Positions 11,143 to 23,200 of a stretch of 64,000 bases of DNA are shown here, in pieces; positions within the stretch are counted from its first letter, which is position 1; each line of letters starts with the position of its first letter. Below the pieces are notes generated by a model, which was not told the DNA's origin, made no database searches, and saw only the letters and a list, made by a program, of their open reading frames with translations. Source of the DNA: Somniosus microcephalus (Eukaryota); NCBI GenBank assembly GCA_052327205.1, contig CM126202.1:179366001-179430000 (forward strand). The letters are read 5' to 3'. A program made the translations under genes and the position numbers.

Positions 11143-13160
11143 TTTGTCATGCAAAGAGGCCTCAAGAACAGGATGCCTAAGCAACATTGGAGCAAGTTGG
11201 TGAAATTGACAGCAAAGAATTAAGGGCTGAGCCAACAGTGCACCAAGGAAGGCTGGAGCACTAGGCACTATTTCCAGATGCCTTCCAAAGAGTGCCAGAA
11301 CTATATAATTTCTTAAAATTGCAACCTACATCTGAAGTGTAACTGTGCCCAAATGATCTTCTGCTGCACTGTCCTGCAGTTTCTGAAAGGCCATATATTC
11401 CCTTCTTTTACTGAGCCCTTGTATCATTTCAAACAATTACAAATAAGTATGTTCAAATCAATGCAGTGTATTTATTTAATACATTGTGTCATGTATGAAC
11501 ATTTCTGGCTCCTTTTAAGGGAATCCCCTGTGGGAATTGGAAGTGTGTTGGCTGTCTGCAGGTTTGCAGTGACAGCCTGCGTGGAATCTGGTGGCTCTTA
11601 TAATTTCTATGGTGTGAGGTTCTGCCTTTGAGTCAACCACGTCTGGTGCTGTTGTAGCTTTTAGGCCCTGCTGCTTTCTAGCACCCCTATTATTACTTGC
11701 ACAGGGATGCTTGATGGCCTGCATCTGGATTGAGAGCCACCCATGACTGCTATGGTTGTGCTGCTGCTGCTAAGTACTTCCTCAGTATGTTTGTTGATCT
11801 GTCAGAGAGCAGAATTGTAGACACCAATGAGATGTACAGATTCCTAACTCAAGATTGTCTTTATTCAATCTTCATAGTCCTCCTCGGACCTCGCAGTGTA
11901 TTACCACATGGACAGAAATAAACCATGTATACAGCAATCTACATTTGTAAACAGGCCCCGTGAGGTCTGAATCCCTAAGCAATGCAGCAGAAGCAGGAAC
12001 CATATTGGCCCTTCATCCAACAGCTGCCTAGATTGAACAGCCAGTATCACTTCTTTTGTTCATCAAGACACTCCTCTCGATTTCCTCAACCTCTACATCC
12101 TCCTGTGTGTAACTGTGCTGGTGCTTGGCAGAGGTGAAGATAGCGACGCAAGCTGCTGTGAGGTGCGACTGTAGTATCAATTGGTTTTTCCATTCCTAGC
12201 AAAGCAGAAGAGAACAAGATGCCAGAGCACAGCCTGCAATAACCACCTTTAAGCACTAGTTTAATTGCCATATCTATTCTACTGCAGTTCAGTTATTTGA
12301 CATGAACATGTAATGTTGTATTGAAGGACATTATATATCCTTTAATAGGACAAGTCGTGAAGTAGGAGGATGTTTCTGGCTTCGCTGTTTTCCATTCCCT
12401 CAATGTTCTCACCAATTATTTTAAAGGTGACACCCTCAAAAGGAACCAATGGCTTAAATTGCTTGAGACCACTATCTGTTCTGGTCTAGTTCTGCCCCAT
12501 TAAAAGCCAACCTTGTCCTGCAAGCAGATGATTAATATACAGGTTTTGAAAGTACATCAAGCAGTGACAATGTCATACAGTTTCAAGGGCATACTTAATG
12601 CTGCAAATTGATACAGATTACTTTAAGAATTATTGCTGTGCACACAGGTTGTCATATACACTTTATAATTATTATATCAAACATCCTAAATGTCCTCATT
12701 AAAACAAAGTGTTGCTCACTTTGTATTTTGCTTTTGTAAAAGTGTTCCTCACTCTGTTCTTATGGCAGTTCTTACTGCATCCATGTAGCCTCGTCTCATG
12801 GAATAGCATCTTCCAGCTAGCAGACAGGACTTTATTTCATGTGTAGTTGGAGCAGCAACTTGTCATGTTTTGGCATATTGTTGGCTTACCTCAGCAGACT
12901 CCTTGAGGATTGACATCATTTTCCTGATATCTTTCCAGCTACTCGAGTCCCAAGCACTGCAATCGCACCTTCTGGCACCTCCTCCAGTGCCAGTTGAATC
13001 AGGCACTTCTGAGGGAGGGAGGGTGGACAACAGTCCCATACAGTGTATCCTACCACTTCCTGACTCCTTCCAGTTGGGTCTCCAGCAACTGGTCTATAAA
13101 CCTGGCTTTCCACACTCTTCTGTGCTCTATTCCACAGCAATTTTAGTGAGTTTACATCTT
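11143..13160 (-). mobile_element. Highly decayed Harbinger remnant (Myb gene on -, possible transposase tail on +)
   Basis: KARFIDQLLETQLEGVRK..WKDIRKMMSILKESAE|gtaag (12890); exon-2-like DKV..RTDSGLKQFKPLVPFE after the acceptor at 12517; MIFCCTVLQ at 11353. Confidence 0.45.
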
Positions 13161-13849
13161 CCCTAGTGTCCCCATTGTTACTTCAGCTGTGTAAATGCCT
13201 CCAAATTACAATTGGCAGATTATTATAAAGGTTATTGCTACTCTTCTTCATTGGCTGGTGTGCTATGCATGTGTTCACATTTTAGTGTACCGACTGAAAA
13301 CAGTAGAACCAGGTGTTAAGTAGCTTTCTTTGTAACCTTCAAAAGCCCAAAGTAATGCTCAGCTAAAGTTTCATTATGCATCAATAGCAATTTCTACACT
13401 AATGCCAGTATTACTAACTGCTGAGGTAAGTATTACTAATAGTTATACTGGCATTATGAGTAACTGGGTAAGAGTAGTTAAAAATAGCAGAACAGTTGCT
13501 AGAGGATGGAATGGAGACAATAGCTGAGTTTTCATTGCTGCACACCTAGACATATATGTTGGAAAATTTCTCGGGGTTCTCCCATTTGGCTGCTGTAACT
13601 TTGGCTGTTTATATGGTGTATAGAGGGTTTCCACCGATCTACTACCAAGTTTACGGTGCTGATTGGATGAACCCCCAAGGAAATTCTCAGCATTCCAGGA
13701 AAATTTGCTTTTAGTTCAAACAACAAATTAAAAAGGGGTACATTTATTCTGAATTATCCAAATTTGGGATGTTTATAGTCAACAATGGTAATCAGCTACC
13801 CTAAATTATTTTGAGAACTCCCATTTGCCACTATACAACAACAACTGAA

Positions 13850-14190
13850 GCTCCGTTCTGGGTGGAACAGGACACCGAGGATGCAAGTAGTCTGATTCGG
13901 CCTGAGATAGTGGCCAGGCAAACATCAATAGCCGGGGAGTGGAGTTTCTGATAGGGCTGAAGACATTGGATTTGATCGTCCCACAGTTTAGATGGAGGAA
14001 ATTCTGAATCATCCAAGTCTGGAGGTTGGACAAGCATTGTGACAACACAGAAGCAATTTAGGATGAAGGAGCAAGATGGGGTGGGGAGGTAGAGATGGGT
14101 GTCATCAGTGAAGCTGACTTCATGGTAGTGGATGATGTCACTTACGGTAGCATGTAACTGAGGAAGAGGAGGGCCAAGGATAGATTTTTT
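13850..14190 (-). mobile_element. Decayed L2-type LINE RT fragment
   Basis: ILGP..DIIHYHEVSFTDDTHLYL and LSQCLSNLQTWMIQNFLHLN. Confidence 0.6.
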
Positions 14191-14371
14191 AAAGTATTCG
14201 TTTATGGCCTTAGCAACACTCTGTATCGTCATTAAATAACGCTAAAATGGCGGCCGCTGCACTTTCACCAGCTGGTGGTGGGTCCCATGGCGGCTGCCAT
14301 TTTTGTCCCTACCTCTGCGCTGCTAGTAACTGGCAGCGCCATTCCGAACAAAGTGGTAGCGTTGTGATGCA

Positions 14372-16035
14372 TGAGGTAGGTCAAGTGGAGCAAGTGTCAG
14401 TAGGTGAACATTTAGGGAACAGTGATCATAGTGTCATAAGGTTTAGATTAGCTATGGAAAAGGACAGGGAGCAATCTAGAGTAAAAATACTTAACTGGGG
14501 GAAGGCCAATTTCAGTGGGATGAGAACGGATCTGGCCTGGGTAAATTGGAATCAAACGTTAGCAGTCAAAACTAATGGAACAATGGGCTGCCTTTAAAGA
14601 GGAAATAGTTCAGGTACATTCCCACTAGGGGGACAGGTAGGGCAACTAAAGTCGGAGCACCCTGGATGACGAAAGAGATAGAGAGTAAGATGAAGAAGAA
14701 AAAGATGACAGATGACCGATGTCAGGTCGAGAATACATCTGAGAATCAGACTAAATATAGAAAGTGAAGTGAAAAAGAAAATAAGGGGCAAAGAGAGGGT
14801 ATTTGACTAGAATGGCAGCGAACATAAAAGGAAATCCAAAAGTCTTCTGTAGGCATATAAATAGCAAACGGGTAGTAAGTAAGAGGAGGGGTGGGGCCAA
14901 TTAGGGACCAAAAAGGAGACCTACGCATGGAGGCAGAGGGTATGGCTCGGGTACTAAATGAGTACTTTGCATCTGTCTTCACCAAGGAAGAGGATGCTGC
15001 CATAGACATATTAAAGGAGGAGGTAGACGAGATACTGGATGGGATAATAATTGCTAAAGACGAGGTACTAGAAAGGCTGGCTGTACCTAAAGTAGATAAT
15101 TCCTAGAACACTGAGGGAAGTGAAGGAAGAAATTGCGGAAGTACTGGCCATAATCTTCCAATTCTCCTTAGAAACGAGGGTAGTGCCAGAGGACTGGAGA
15201 ATTGCAAATGTTACACCCTTGTTCAAAAAAGGGTGTAAAGATAAACCCAGCAACTACTGACCAGTCAGTTTAGCCTCGGTAGTGGGGAAGCTTTTAGAAA
15301 CAATAATCATGGACAAAATGAACAGTCACTTGGGCAATCGTGGATTAATTAAGGAAAGCCAGCACGGATTTGTTAAAGGCAAATTGTGTTTAATCAATTT
15401 GAACAAGTTTTTTTGATGAGGTAACAGAGAGGGTTGATGAGGGCAATGTGGTTGACGTGATGTACATGGATTTCCAAAAGGCATTCGACAAAGTGCATAG
15501 GCTTGCCAGCAAAGTTGAAGCCCATGGAATAAAAGGGACAGTGGCAGCATGGATACGAAATTGGCTAAGTGACAGGAAACAGAGAGTAGTGGTGAACGGT
15601 TGTTTTTCTGAATGGAGGAAGGTATACAGTGGTGTTCCCCAGGGGTCAGTTCTAGGACCACTGCTTTTCTTGATGTATATTAATGACTTGGATGTGGGTG
15701 TACAGTGCACAATTTCAAAATTTGCAGATGACACAAAACTTGGAAGTATAGTGAACAGTGAGGAGGATAGTGATAGACTTCAAGAGGACATAGACAGGCT
15801 GGTGAAATGGGCGGACACATGGCAGATTAAATTTAACGCAGAAAAGTGTGAAGTGATACATTTTGGCAGAAAGAATGAAGAGAGGAAATATAAACTAAAG
15901 GGTATAATCCTAAAGTGGGTGCATGAACAGAGAGGCCTAGGGGTATATGTGCACAAATCGTTGAAGGTGGCAGGGCAGGTTGAGAAAGCAGTTAAAAAAG
16001 TTTACAGGATCCTGGGTTTCATGAATAGAGGTATA
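14372..16035 (+). mobile_element. CR1 LINE ORF2, 5' part (decayed)
   Basis: EHLGNSDH, YMDFQKAFDKV, SGVPQGSVLGP, KFADDTKL; interrupted at GFMNRGI. Confidence 0.92.
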
Positions 16036-16300
16036 GGCCACGATTTTCAGGTGAAGGCAGGTTGGAGTCGGGTTTGATGTTCGGCGGGTTCTGGTCCCAC
16101 TGCCGGTTTAATCCGCTCTGAAATAACAATTTTGCCTTAAGTGGGCTGATTAAGCCTATCGTGCGCGCTACCCACCCATTTAGTGGGTTCGGGTCTGCTG
16201 CTCGCCTCTGCTGACATCTTTCATCCAGCTGCAATTAAGGGGTCCATGCAGCCTTGTTGTTCATTCCTATTCTGCTGCTTTCGGTGTGGCACATATCAAA

Positions 16301-18160
16301 ATGGCTGCTTCAAGACCAAAGGCTCTTGTGGAGGGAGTGAGAGGACACCAAGAGGTACTGTTCCCCTCAAATGGACGGAGGAAGCCTCCTCAGCAAACCA
16401 AGGCAGCCTGGCTGCAAATTGCTGAGGAGGTGAGTGCCAGGTCTTTGTGTGCACACACCTGGGTTCAGTGCAGGAAAAGGTTCAATGATCTGCTACGCTC
16501 AGCAAAAATGAGTATAACATCACACTTACCTTCAATCTGCTCCCCATCTCCTCTCATCACCAGCACTCTGCATTGTCAACCTACTCCTGCACATCCACTT
16601 TACCCTTACATCCCTTGTACCCTTACCTATCCCTCTCTCTCTATGTACAGAATCACTTCACCATTCTACTATGCACCCCTCACACTCGCTCTCACTGTTA
16701 CACAATGACAACAACTAACAATGCACAGGGAGGGTCCTTGGTATTGGCATCTCACTCCATCTTTGTCTCCCTCTAAGCATCTATGCTATGGATTCTCTAC
16801 ACTCACTCCAACATTCTCACGCAAACTCCACTTGTGTCCCTCATTGCAGGAAAAGAGAGCCCACAATAAGAGGGAAAGGGCAGGACAGGAGGAGGGCCAC
16901 CTTCGATTGCCCACTTGACCACCGCTGAGAAGGCTGCTCTCAACATCATCGGAGGTGCTGAGGAGCTGGAAGTGGGGGACGGTGAGACGGGCGCAGTAGA
17001 GCAAGCTGGTGACAGAATAGATATGCAACCCTCTCATTTAGATTGCATGAGTGACTGATATGGCATCTGATGTTCATACAGATTGAGTTCTGATCATCTG
17101 CACAATTGGATGTGTCTGCTATGTTAATAACACATGTCTAACTCATGCCTTTACTCCCCCACAGGACCATCGAGAGCCCCCCTCCCACTGTCCAGGAGGA
17201 AGAACTGGAAGACTCCTCAGAGGAAGCTGCAACCTCTGGGGGCACAGTGTCAGCAGAATTGAGCATACCCAGCACCAGCGCAGAGAAGCACACCTTGGTG
17301 GGTCAAGCGCGAGATAGATTAGTGTTGTCACTTGGTGTATCACAGCTCACAAGTGTGCATCAGCAGATGGTGGAGACAGGCAACAGCAGTGGAGAGTCCT
17401 CGTCGGAGGCCGCAGGGCGCTCCTAGCTCTGCTCAGCTGCAATTGGACCCTGTGCCTCTGGGGCCATCCAGAAAGAGAGCAGTGCTGGAACTTCAGCAAC
17501 AAATGCAGGAGTCGCTGACAGGTTTTGCATCCACAGTAACTGCGAGTGTGTAGAGAATGGAGGAGTCCATCTTAAACATAATCAATGCCATGGTGGAGGC
17601 AATGACGCATGAACGTGCCGCCATGGAGAGGGTGGCAACCTCCTTGGAGGACATAAGTTGCCAGACTCAACAGAGCATGGTGACTCTTCTAAATAGATGG
17701 TCTGCTTTGGAGGATAGGTGGGCATCTATTGAGGAGAGACACCAGAGGTACATGGACATCCCTGTTATGAGGACTGTCATTACAGAGACGGTCCTCATGG
17801 CCCCACTGATGTGCAGCAAGGTGCTCTCCAGCTACTTGCTAGCAGTGAAGTGCGGGCGACCCGTGAGAGGGATGTCGGTGGTCGACAACAGGGAAGTGTG
17901 GGCTCCTCTCTAAACGCTCACACTGCCATGCCACTGCAGAGCCCTCGGTCAGAGCCCCAAATTCCTCACCCAACTGAGATGGCCGTCTCAGCTCCTGCAC
18001 AGCCGCAGGAGGAGCCCTCCCAGGCTCCCAAACCCGAGGACGCCCGCCAAAGGTGTTGAAGCAGGAGCAGCATGAAAGTGAGCAAGGTGCCTCAACATCT
18101 GCTGAAGCCACAGGGGAAGCACCACGTAGAAGCACAAGTAAGAGAAAGTTAACATACAAA
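16301..18160 (+). pseudogene. Harbinger Myb/SANT-like gene
   Basis: AAWLQIAEEVSARS..TWVQCRKRFNDLLRSAK; first donor mutated to ATGAGT; exon 2 EKRAHNKRER; stops in exon 3. Confidence 0.82.
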
Positions 18161-18426
18161 TAGTCACAAGGGTAGTCACTTGGGTGTTTTGATGTAATAC
18201 AAATTGAAAATTATCATCGTCATTTCAATTGTAATAAAGAAATGCGATGGCAAACATTCAAAGAGTCGGCCTATGTGTGCCCAGAAATGGAAGTGTCACA
18301 GTGAGGTGTCGGGGCGCCTTTCATCTGTAATGATGGTGTTGAGAGTGATAGGAATCCACAGTTTATTGTACAGATGGTGTATGGTGTGTTAAGAAGGTGG
18401 CAGCCACATGTGTTTGCTTCGTAAAC

Positions 18427-19572
18427 TTAAGCGAATCTGGCATGGATTAGTGCACCCCTTGCCTCACGGCCAGCAATGTGCTCGTGTGCTGGTGGAACTG
18501 GCACATCCGCCTCTGCAAGGTTTTCCTCCTCCTCCTCCTCCTCCTTATCCTCCCCCTCCTCCTTGGAGGAGGAGGCTGTGTGCTGAGCCACTTGTTCCTC
18601 AGGCAGTGGTAAGCCACGCTGCTGTGCAATGTTGTGCAGTGCACAGCAGACAACGATGATTCTGGAGACCCTGGCTGGTGAGTACTGTAGGGCTCCACCT
18701 GATCTGTCAAGGCATCTGAATCGCATTTTGAGCAAACTGATGGTCTTCAGGGGATAGCCCTTGTCTCCAAGTAGCCATCCGGAAAGTTGCGTTGGCGGAT
18801 TGAAGAGCTGAGGCACAGTAGACTGCTGCAGGATGAACGAGTCATGGCAACTGCCAGGGAACTTGGCGCAAACATGCATAATGTTCTTCCTGTGGTTACA
18901 CACCAACTGGACGTTAAGGGAGTAGACGCCCTTGCAGTTGATAAATACAGCTGGGTTGTGATGGGGTGCCCTAATAGCCACATGTGTGCAGTTTACGACG
19001 CCCTGCACCCTTGGCAAGCCTACCATATTTGCAAAGCCAACCACACGCGCGGTTGCACTTGCTTCATCCGTGGAGAAGTGGATGTAATTGTGCGCCTTTG
19101 AAAAGAGGGCATCAGTAACCTGCGTGATGCAAGTGTGTGCGGCCGACTGGGAGATGCTGCTGATGTCTGCTGATGATCCCTGGAAGGACCCTGAAGCAAA
19201 AAAATTGAGTGCGGTGGTGACTTTGACAGCCACTGGTAAGGGGTGTCCACCCTCTTCTCTAGGCTCCAGGTGTTGGTACTGCATTGTGTAGATGTCAGCG
19301 ACTACCTTTTGTGAAAGTTTCAGCCTCCTTTGGCACTGCTGCTCAGTCATGTTGAAGCTCATCCTCGGCCTGTAAACCCTGTGTTGGGGGTGTCTCCTGC
19401 GGCGAGGTGCAGCCCTGCGCTGATGCCCTCTGCCCTGTGCAGCATCAAGTGGGTGAGGAGGAGGTTGGCGCTCCTGTTGTTGGTGCTGCTGTTGTGCCTG
19501 GTTCTGCTGCTGCCGCAGCTGCTCTTCCTCCGATTCTAAGGACCAGGATGAGAGGGTATAAATTGTTCCCAT
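18427..19572 (-). CDS. Harbinger transposase, open 381-aa frame but internally deleted
   Basis: [67 protein letters not shown]. Confidence 0.9.
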   Translation of the reverse strand: MGTIYTLSSWSLESEEEQLRQQQNQAQQQHQQQERQPPPHPLDAAQGRGHQRRAAPRRRRHPQHRVYRPRMSFNMTEQQCQRRLKLSQKVVADIYTMQYQHLEPREEGGHPLPVAVKVTTALNFFASGSFQGSSADISSISQSAAHTCITQVTDALFSKAHNYIHFSTDEASATARVVGFANMVGLPRVQGVVNCTHVAIRAPHHNPAVFINCKGVYSLNVQLVCNHRKNIMHVCAKFPGSCHDSFILQQSTVPQLFNPPTQLSGWLLGDKGYPLKTISLLKMRFRCLDRSGGALQYSPARVSRIIVVCCALHNIAQQRGLPLPEEQVAQHTASSSKEEGEDKEEEEEEENLAEADVPVPPAHEHIAGREARGALIHARFA

Positions 19573-20113
19573 TCCGCTGGTGTATATCTCAGTTGAGGAA
19601 TAGATGTTATAAGCGTTCAGTCAATGCGGGGAGAGGGTTTTCCAAGGCGGTCACAGTGCATATGGATCTCAGCTTAAACACTTACAAGCTCAATAGACCT
19701 GCAAAAAGTGTTCCAACACCTTAAACACAAAGTTCTGCCATCTGAAAGTCAGCCATGTTACAGGTCCGCTTTTATGCTGCAGGAGCAGCTGTCAACAATT
19801 CAGGTAGTTGCTCAACCCGGCACAATCAGCTGGCGTGTTTGGCGAACAGCGTGGAACACGCTGAAAATGTCGTAAAAAGGGAAGAGTCTGGTAAAATGAG
19901 ATTATGTAGGCAGTTAACAAGCTGTTAACTGCCTTAAGTGCCTCTCCCGCCGCTTGGTGTCGGGTCTGATCGGGCCTCCCAGACCCGACACTTTGCAAAG
20001 TTGCGTGGAGGCGGGATGACGGCGGGTTCGGAACTTGCCGTCAATCAAAATGACTTTAACCTCTGACCCGCCTCCAAACCCACCCTCTGAGCGCCGGCAA
20101 AACCGCAGTCATA

Positions 20114-20720
20114 GAGTACAAAAGTGTGGAAATTATGATGAACCTGTATAAAACACTGGTTCGGCCTCAACTGGAGTATTGTGTCCAATTCTGGGCACTG
20201 CACTTTAGGAAGGATGTGAAGGCCTTAGAGAGGGTACAGAAAAGATTTAAGAGAATGATTCCAGGGATGAGGGACTTCAGTTACGCGGATAGACTGGAGA
20301 AGCTGGGGTTGTTCTCCTTAGAGCAGAGAAGTTTGAGAGGAGATTTGATAAAGGTATTCAAAATCATGAGGTGCCTGGACAAAGTAGATAAAGAGAAACT
20401 GTTCCCATTGGCAGAAGGGTCGAGAGCCAGTGGTTCACAGATTTAAGGTGATTAGCAAAAGAACCAAAGGCGACGTGAGGAAAAACCTTTTTACTCAGCG
20501 AGTGGTTAGGATCTGGAATGCAATGCCTGAAAGGATGGCGGAGGCAGACTCAATCTGAGCTTTCAAAAGGAAGTTGGATAAGTACCTGAAGGAAAAAAAT
20601 TGCAGGGTTACGGAGAAAGAGCGAGGGAGTGGGACTAGCTGAAGTGCTCTTGCAGAGAGCTGGCACGGACTCGACGGCCCGAATTGCCTTCTTCCATGCT
20701 GTAACCATTCTATGATTCTA
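20114..20720 (+). mobile_element. CR1 LINE 3' part with tail
   Basis: LYKTLVRPQLEYCVQFW..RGDLIKVFKI; ends CATTCTATGATTCTA. Confidence 0.92.
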
Positions 20721-20729
20721 TAACACGAA

Positions 20730-21220
20730 CTTCAACCCTGCTGGGTCCTAAGCACACCAGGTTAACCTGGTGTGCAAGCAGGCTGACAGTGGTGATGACA
20801 GCACCACTTAAGGGGACATACACATCAATCAGATAAGTTTGTATTTAAGCGTTTGGACTTGATTTTTTTGAATTTATTGAAGTGGTGGCTTGTTGATGAT
20901 GATCCCTTTAAATAGCGCTGCTGGGGGCTCCTTCCTGCTGCTGAATGCTTGGTCAGTTCATGATTTGGAGAGGGCGTTAACTGGTGCGGTGATATCCAAA
21001 ATGGCAGATCGTGCATCAAATCAGCATTGCACACTCATTGACGTTACAATCTGCCTCATCTAAATATCTGGAGTGAGCACAGGCAACGGCAGCGCTAACG
21101 ACCGGCCCAAAATGGCGGCCATCGCAGGACCCGCCAGAAGCGGGCGGAAGTGAGTCGGTCGCCATTTTTTCTTTAAAACGGGCCTTAATGGCCAGCGCTA
21201 AACCCTCAAATTTCTAGGCC
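20730..21220. mobile_element. Right-end fragment of a Harbinger-related element
   Basis: GATGATCCCTTTAAATA..CTCCTTCCTGCTG shared with 10078-10120; ends AAATTTCTAGGCC. Confidence 0.6.
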
Positions 21221-22271
21221 AAAATGTCAGAAGTAGACAGCAAGTCCATTGAAAAGACAAAAACAGGTTAACCTTTTGGATGGAGACCATTTATCAGAGC
21301 TGGAGTTCTGGATTTTCTTGTTCTCTTACGCAGAGGCACAAAGATAGTATTTTCAGCAGCTCAATGGGGAAATAAGATGGAAATCCATAGTAACAGTGTA
21401 TTGCACAATGTAGGAAGAGATCACATGTGACACCAGCTAAAATCTTTGGCTATCCACAACTCCCAATTAATTTTTTAAAAAGTGGGAATGCATGCATTCT
21501 AACATGGGTTTAGGTAATTTTTCAATGATTTAATCAAACTGTAACATATTGTTTCAGTGGATTTCATCAACCACATCTGATATGTAGAGTCACAACAGGA
21601 AATAGTGACGTGAGTCGTGACAGAATCCCTCCCCCCCCAGCAACGTCCACTCCCAAATACTAACAATATTAAGGATAACAAAACTTAACTGTTCAAGGGT
21701 TCTGTCATTAATACCATGATCGCAACTACCCAGGACAAAGAACACATTGGGGCAAAAATTTGGTCGCGCCCCCTTTGGGGCACTAACTTCGCCGGGCACT
21801 ACTTTTAGCGCCCAGAAAAAGTTAGCACCCCCACACCCAAAATTCACTAGTAGCGCTACTGGAAGTGCTCCCCTCCCTCTTGGGGTGCTACCAGGGAATA
21901 TCCAAGTGGACATTGTTCATGTGTGAGCCCAGATAGTAAGTGTTGGTGGGCTATTTCATCATGGGAGAATCGAAGCTGAGCCCAATTCTGTCCTTGCCTG
22001 AAGTCCATACAGCATCTTGTCCAGCAGGGTGTCACAATCTGGTTATCAGTCAGGATTGGGAGCTCGGGCTGATTTTCACCCCTCTCCAGCCAAGGGTGCT
22101 GAAGCCAATTGTAGCATCTCTTGTAGCTGAGATTAGCTAACTCAAAGGCCAGGGGTTGAACCTGGGATCTTTCTGATCTCTATAGTTCAGTTCCACACTG
22201 GGAATTATACTAACCTACTGAGCCATCAGAGGCCTATGCTCACTAATTGTCAAACATATCTTTTCTTATAG

Positions 22272-22416
22272 ATGTTGCTGAAGAATACTGTTTTCATATT
22301 CTTAATAATAGCAAGTTGCACTGAAGGACTTCTCATCACCGGCTTTGTGACATTTATGCCTAAATACATTGAAAATCAGTTTGGCCAAACTGCTAGCCTG
22401 GCAGCAATCCTGGGAG
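22272..22416 (+). CDS. SLCO4C1: SLCO4C1-like OATP exon (145 bp)
   Basis: tatag|MLLKNTVFIFLIIASCTEGLLITGFVTFMPKYIENQFGQTASLAAILG|gtaag; matches the OATP4 PKFIENQFG motif. Confidence 0.92.
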
Positions 22417-22699
22417 GTAAGTAGTTAAATGAACTTCCTTAACAGATAATATTTCAATAATTCATTTTTTAAAAACTGGCTTGGTATGATTGATTTAAAG
22501 AGATATTGGGCCAGAATTTGCTGAAAAAATAACAGCGTATGAATGACGCACACTGTTATTAATGTGCAAATGGACCAGCAACTTGTAGTGAGGAAGAGAT
22601 ACCCCTTTAATTGCGAATCGCCACAAGTTTCTGGTCAATTTGCGCTGTTAGCTTCGTGAAAACGGCATTTCACCCTTAACCGCCCCGTGATTTTCATGA

Positions 22700-23200
22700 A
22701 GTTATATTTGGATTTTTCAAAAGGCCTTTGATAAGCATAGTAGACTCATGACTAAGATCAGAACATGTGGAGTTAGGGGACAAGCAGCAGAATAAATAGC
22801 AAGCTGTCTACAAAACAGACAATAGAGAGTAGTTGAAAAGGTAGTTACTCAGACTGACAAAAGGTGAGAAGTGGTGTTTCACAAGGATTGGTGCTGGGAC
22901 CACTGTTGTTCACCATTTACATAAATGATTTGGACTCTGGAATCGGAAGCACAGTTCTAAAATTTGCAGGCACCACAAATTGGGGTTAAAGTTAATACAG
23001 ATGAGGACTGTGACAAAATACAGGAAGACATTAATAAACCTGCAGAATTGGCGCGTAATTGGCAAATGAACTTCAATATAGATCGGCGTGAGTTGGTACA
23101 TTTTGGTAGGACGAATAAGGAGGCCACGTTGTCCTTGAAAAATAAGTGTCTAAATGGGGTAGAGAAGCAGAGGAATCTCGGGGTACAGTTACATAAATCA
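22700..23200 (+). mobile_element. Decayed CR1 RT fragment (resumes 24687-24830)
   Basis: DFSKAFD..WQMNFNID..HKS|LKVATQVNKAIKKAN across the Helitron. Confidence 0.85.

Larger units (their letters stand above)
16036..20110. mobile_element. Full-length PIF/Harbinger element inserted in CR1
   Basis: ATA duplication (16033-35 / 20111-13); removing the element restores CR1 frame NRGI-EYKS; imperfect TIR GGCCACGATTTT / AAAACCGCAGTC. Confidence 0.93.

Noticed and set aside
16301-19572. Domesticated host genes NAIF1/HARBI1
   Set aside because: Enclosed by TIRs and a TSD inside a CR1, multi-copy in the window and decayed.
21320-21430. Acceptor-like TTCTCTTACGCAG as a candidate upstream SLCO exon
   Set aside because: Translation lacks the expected motif and there is no suitable donor.
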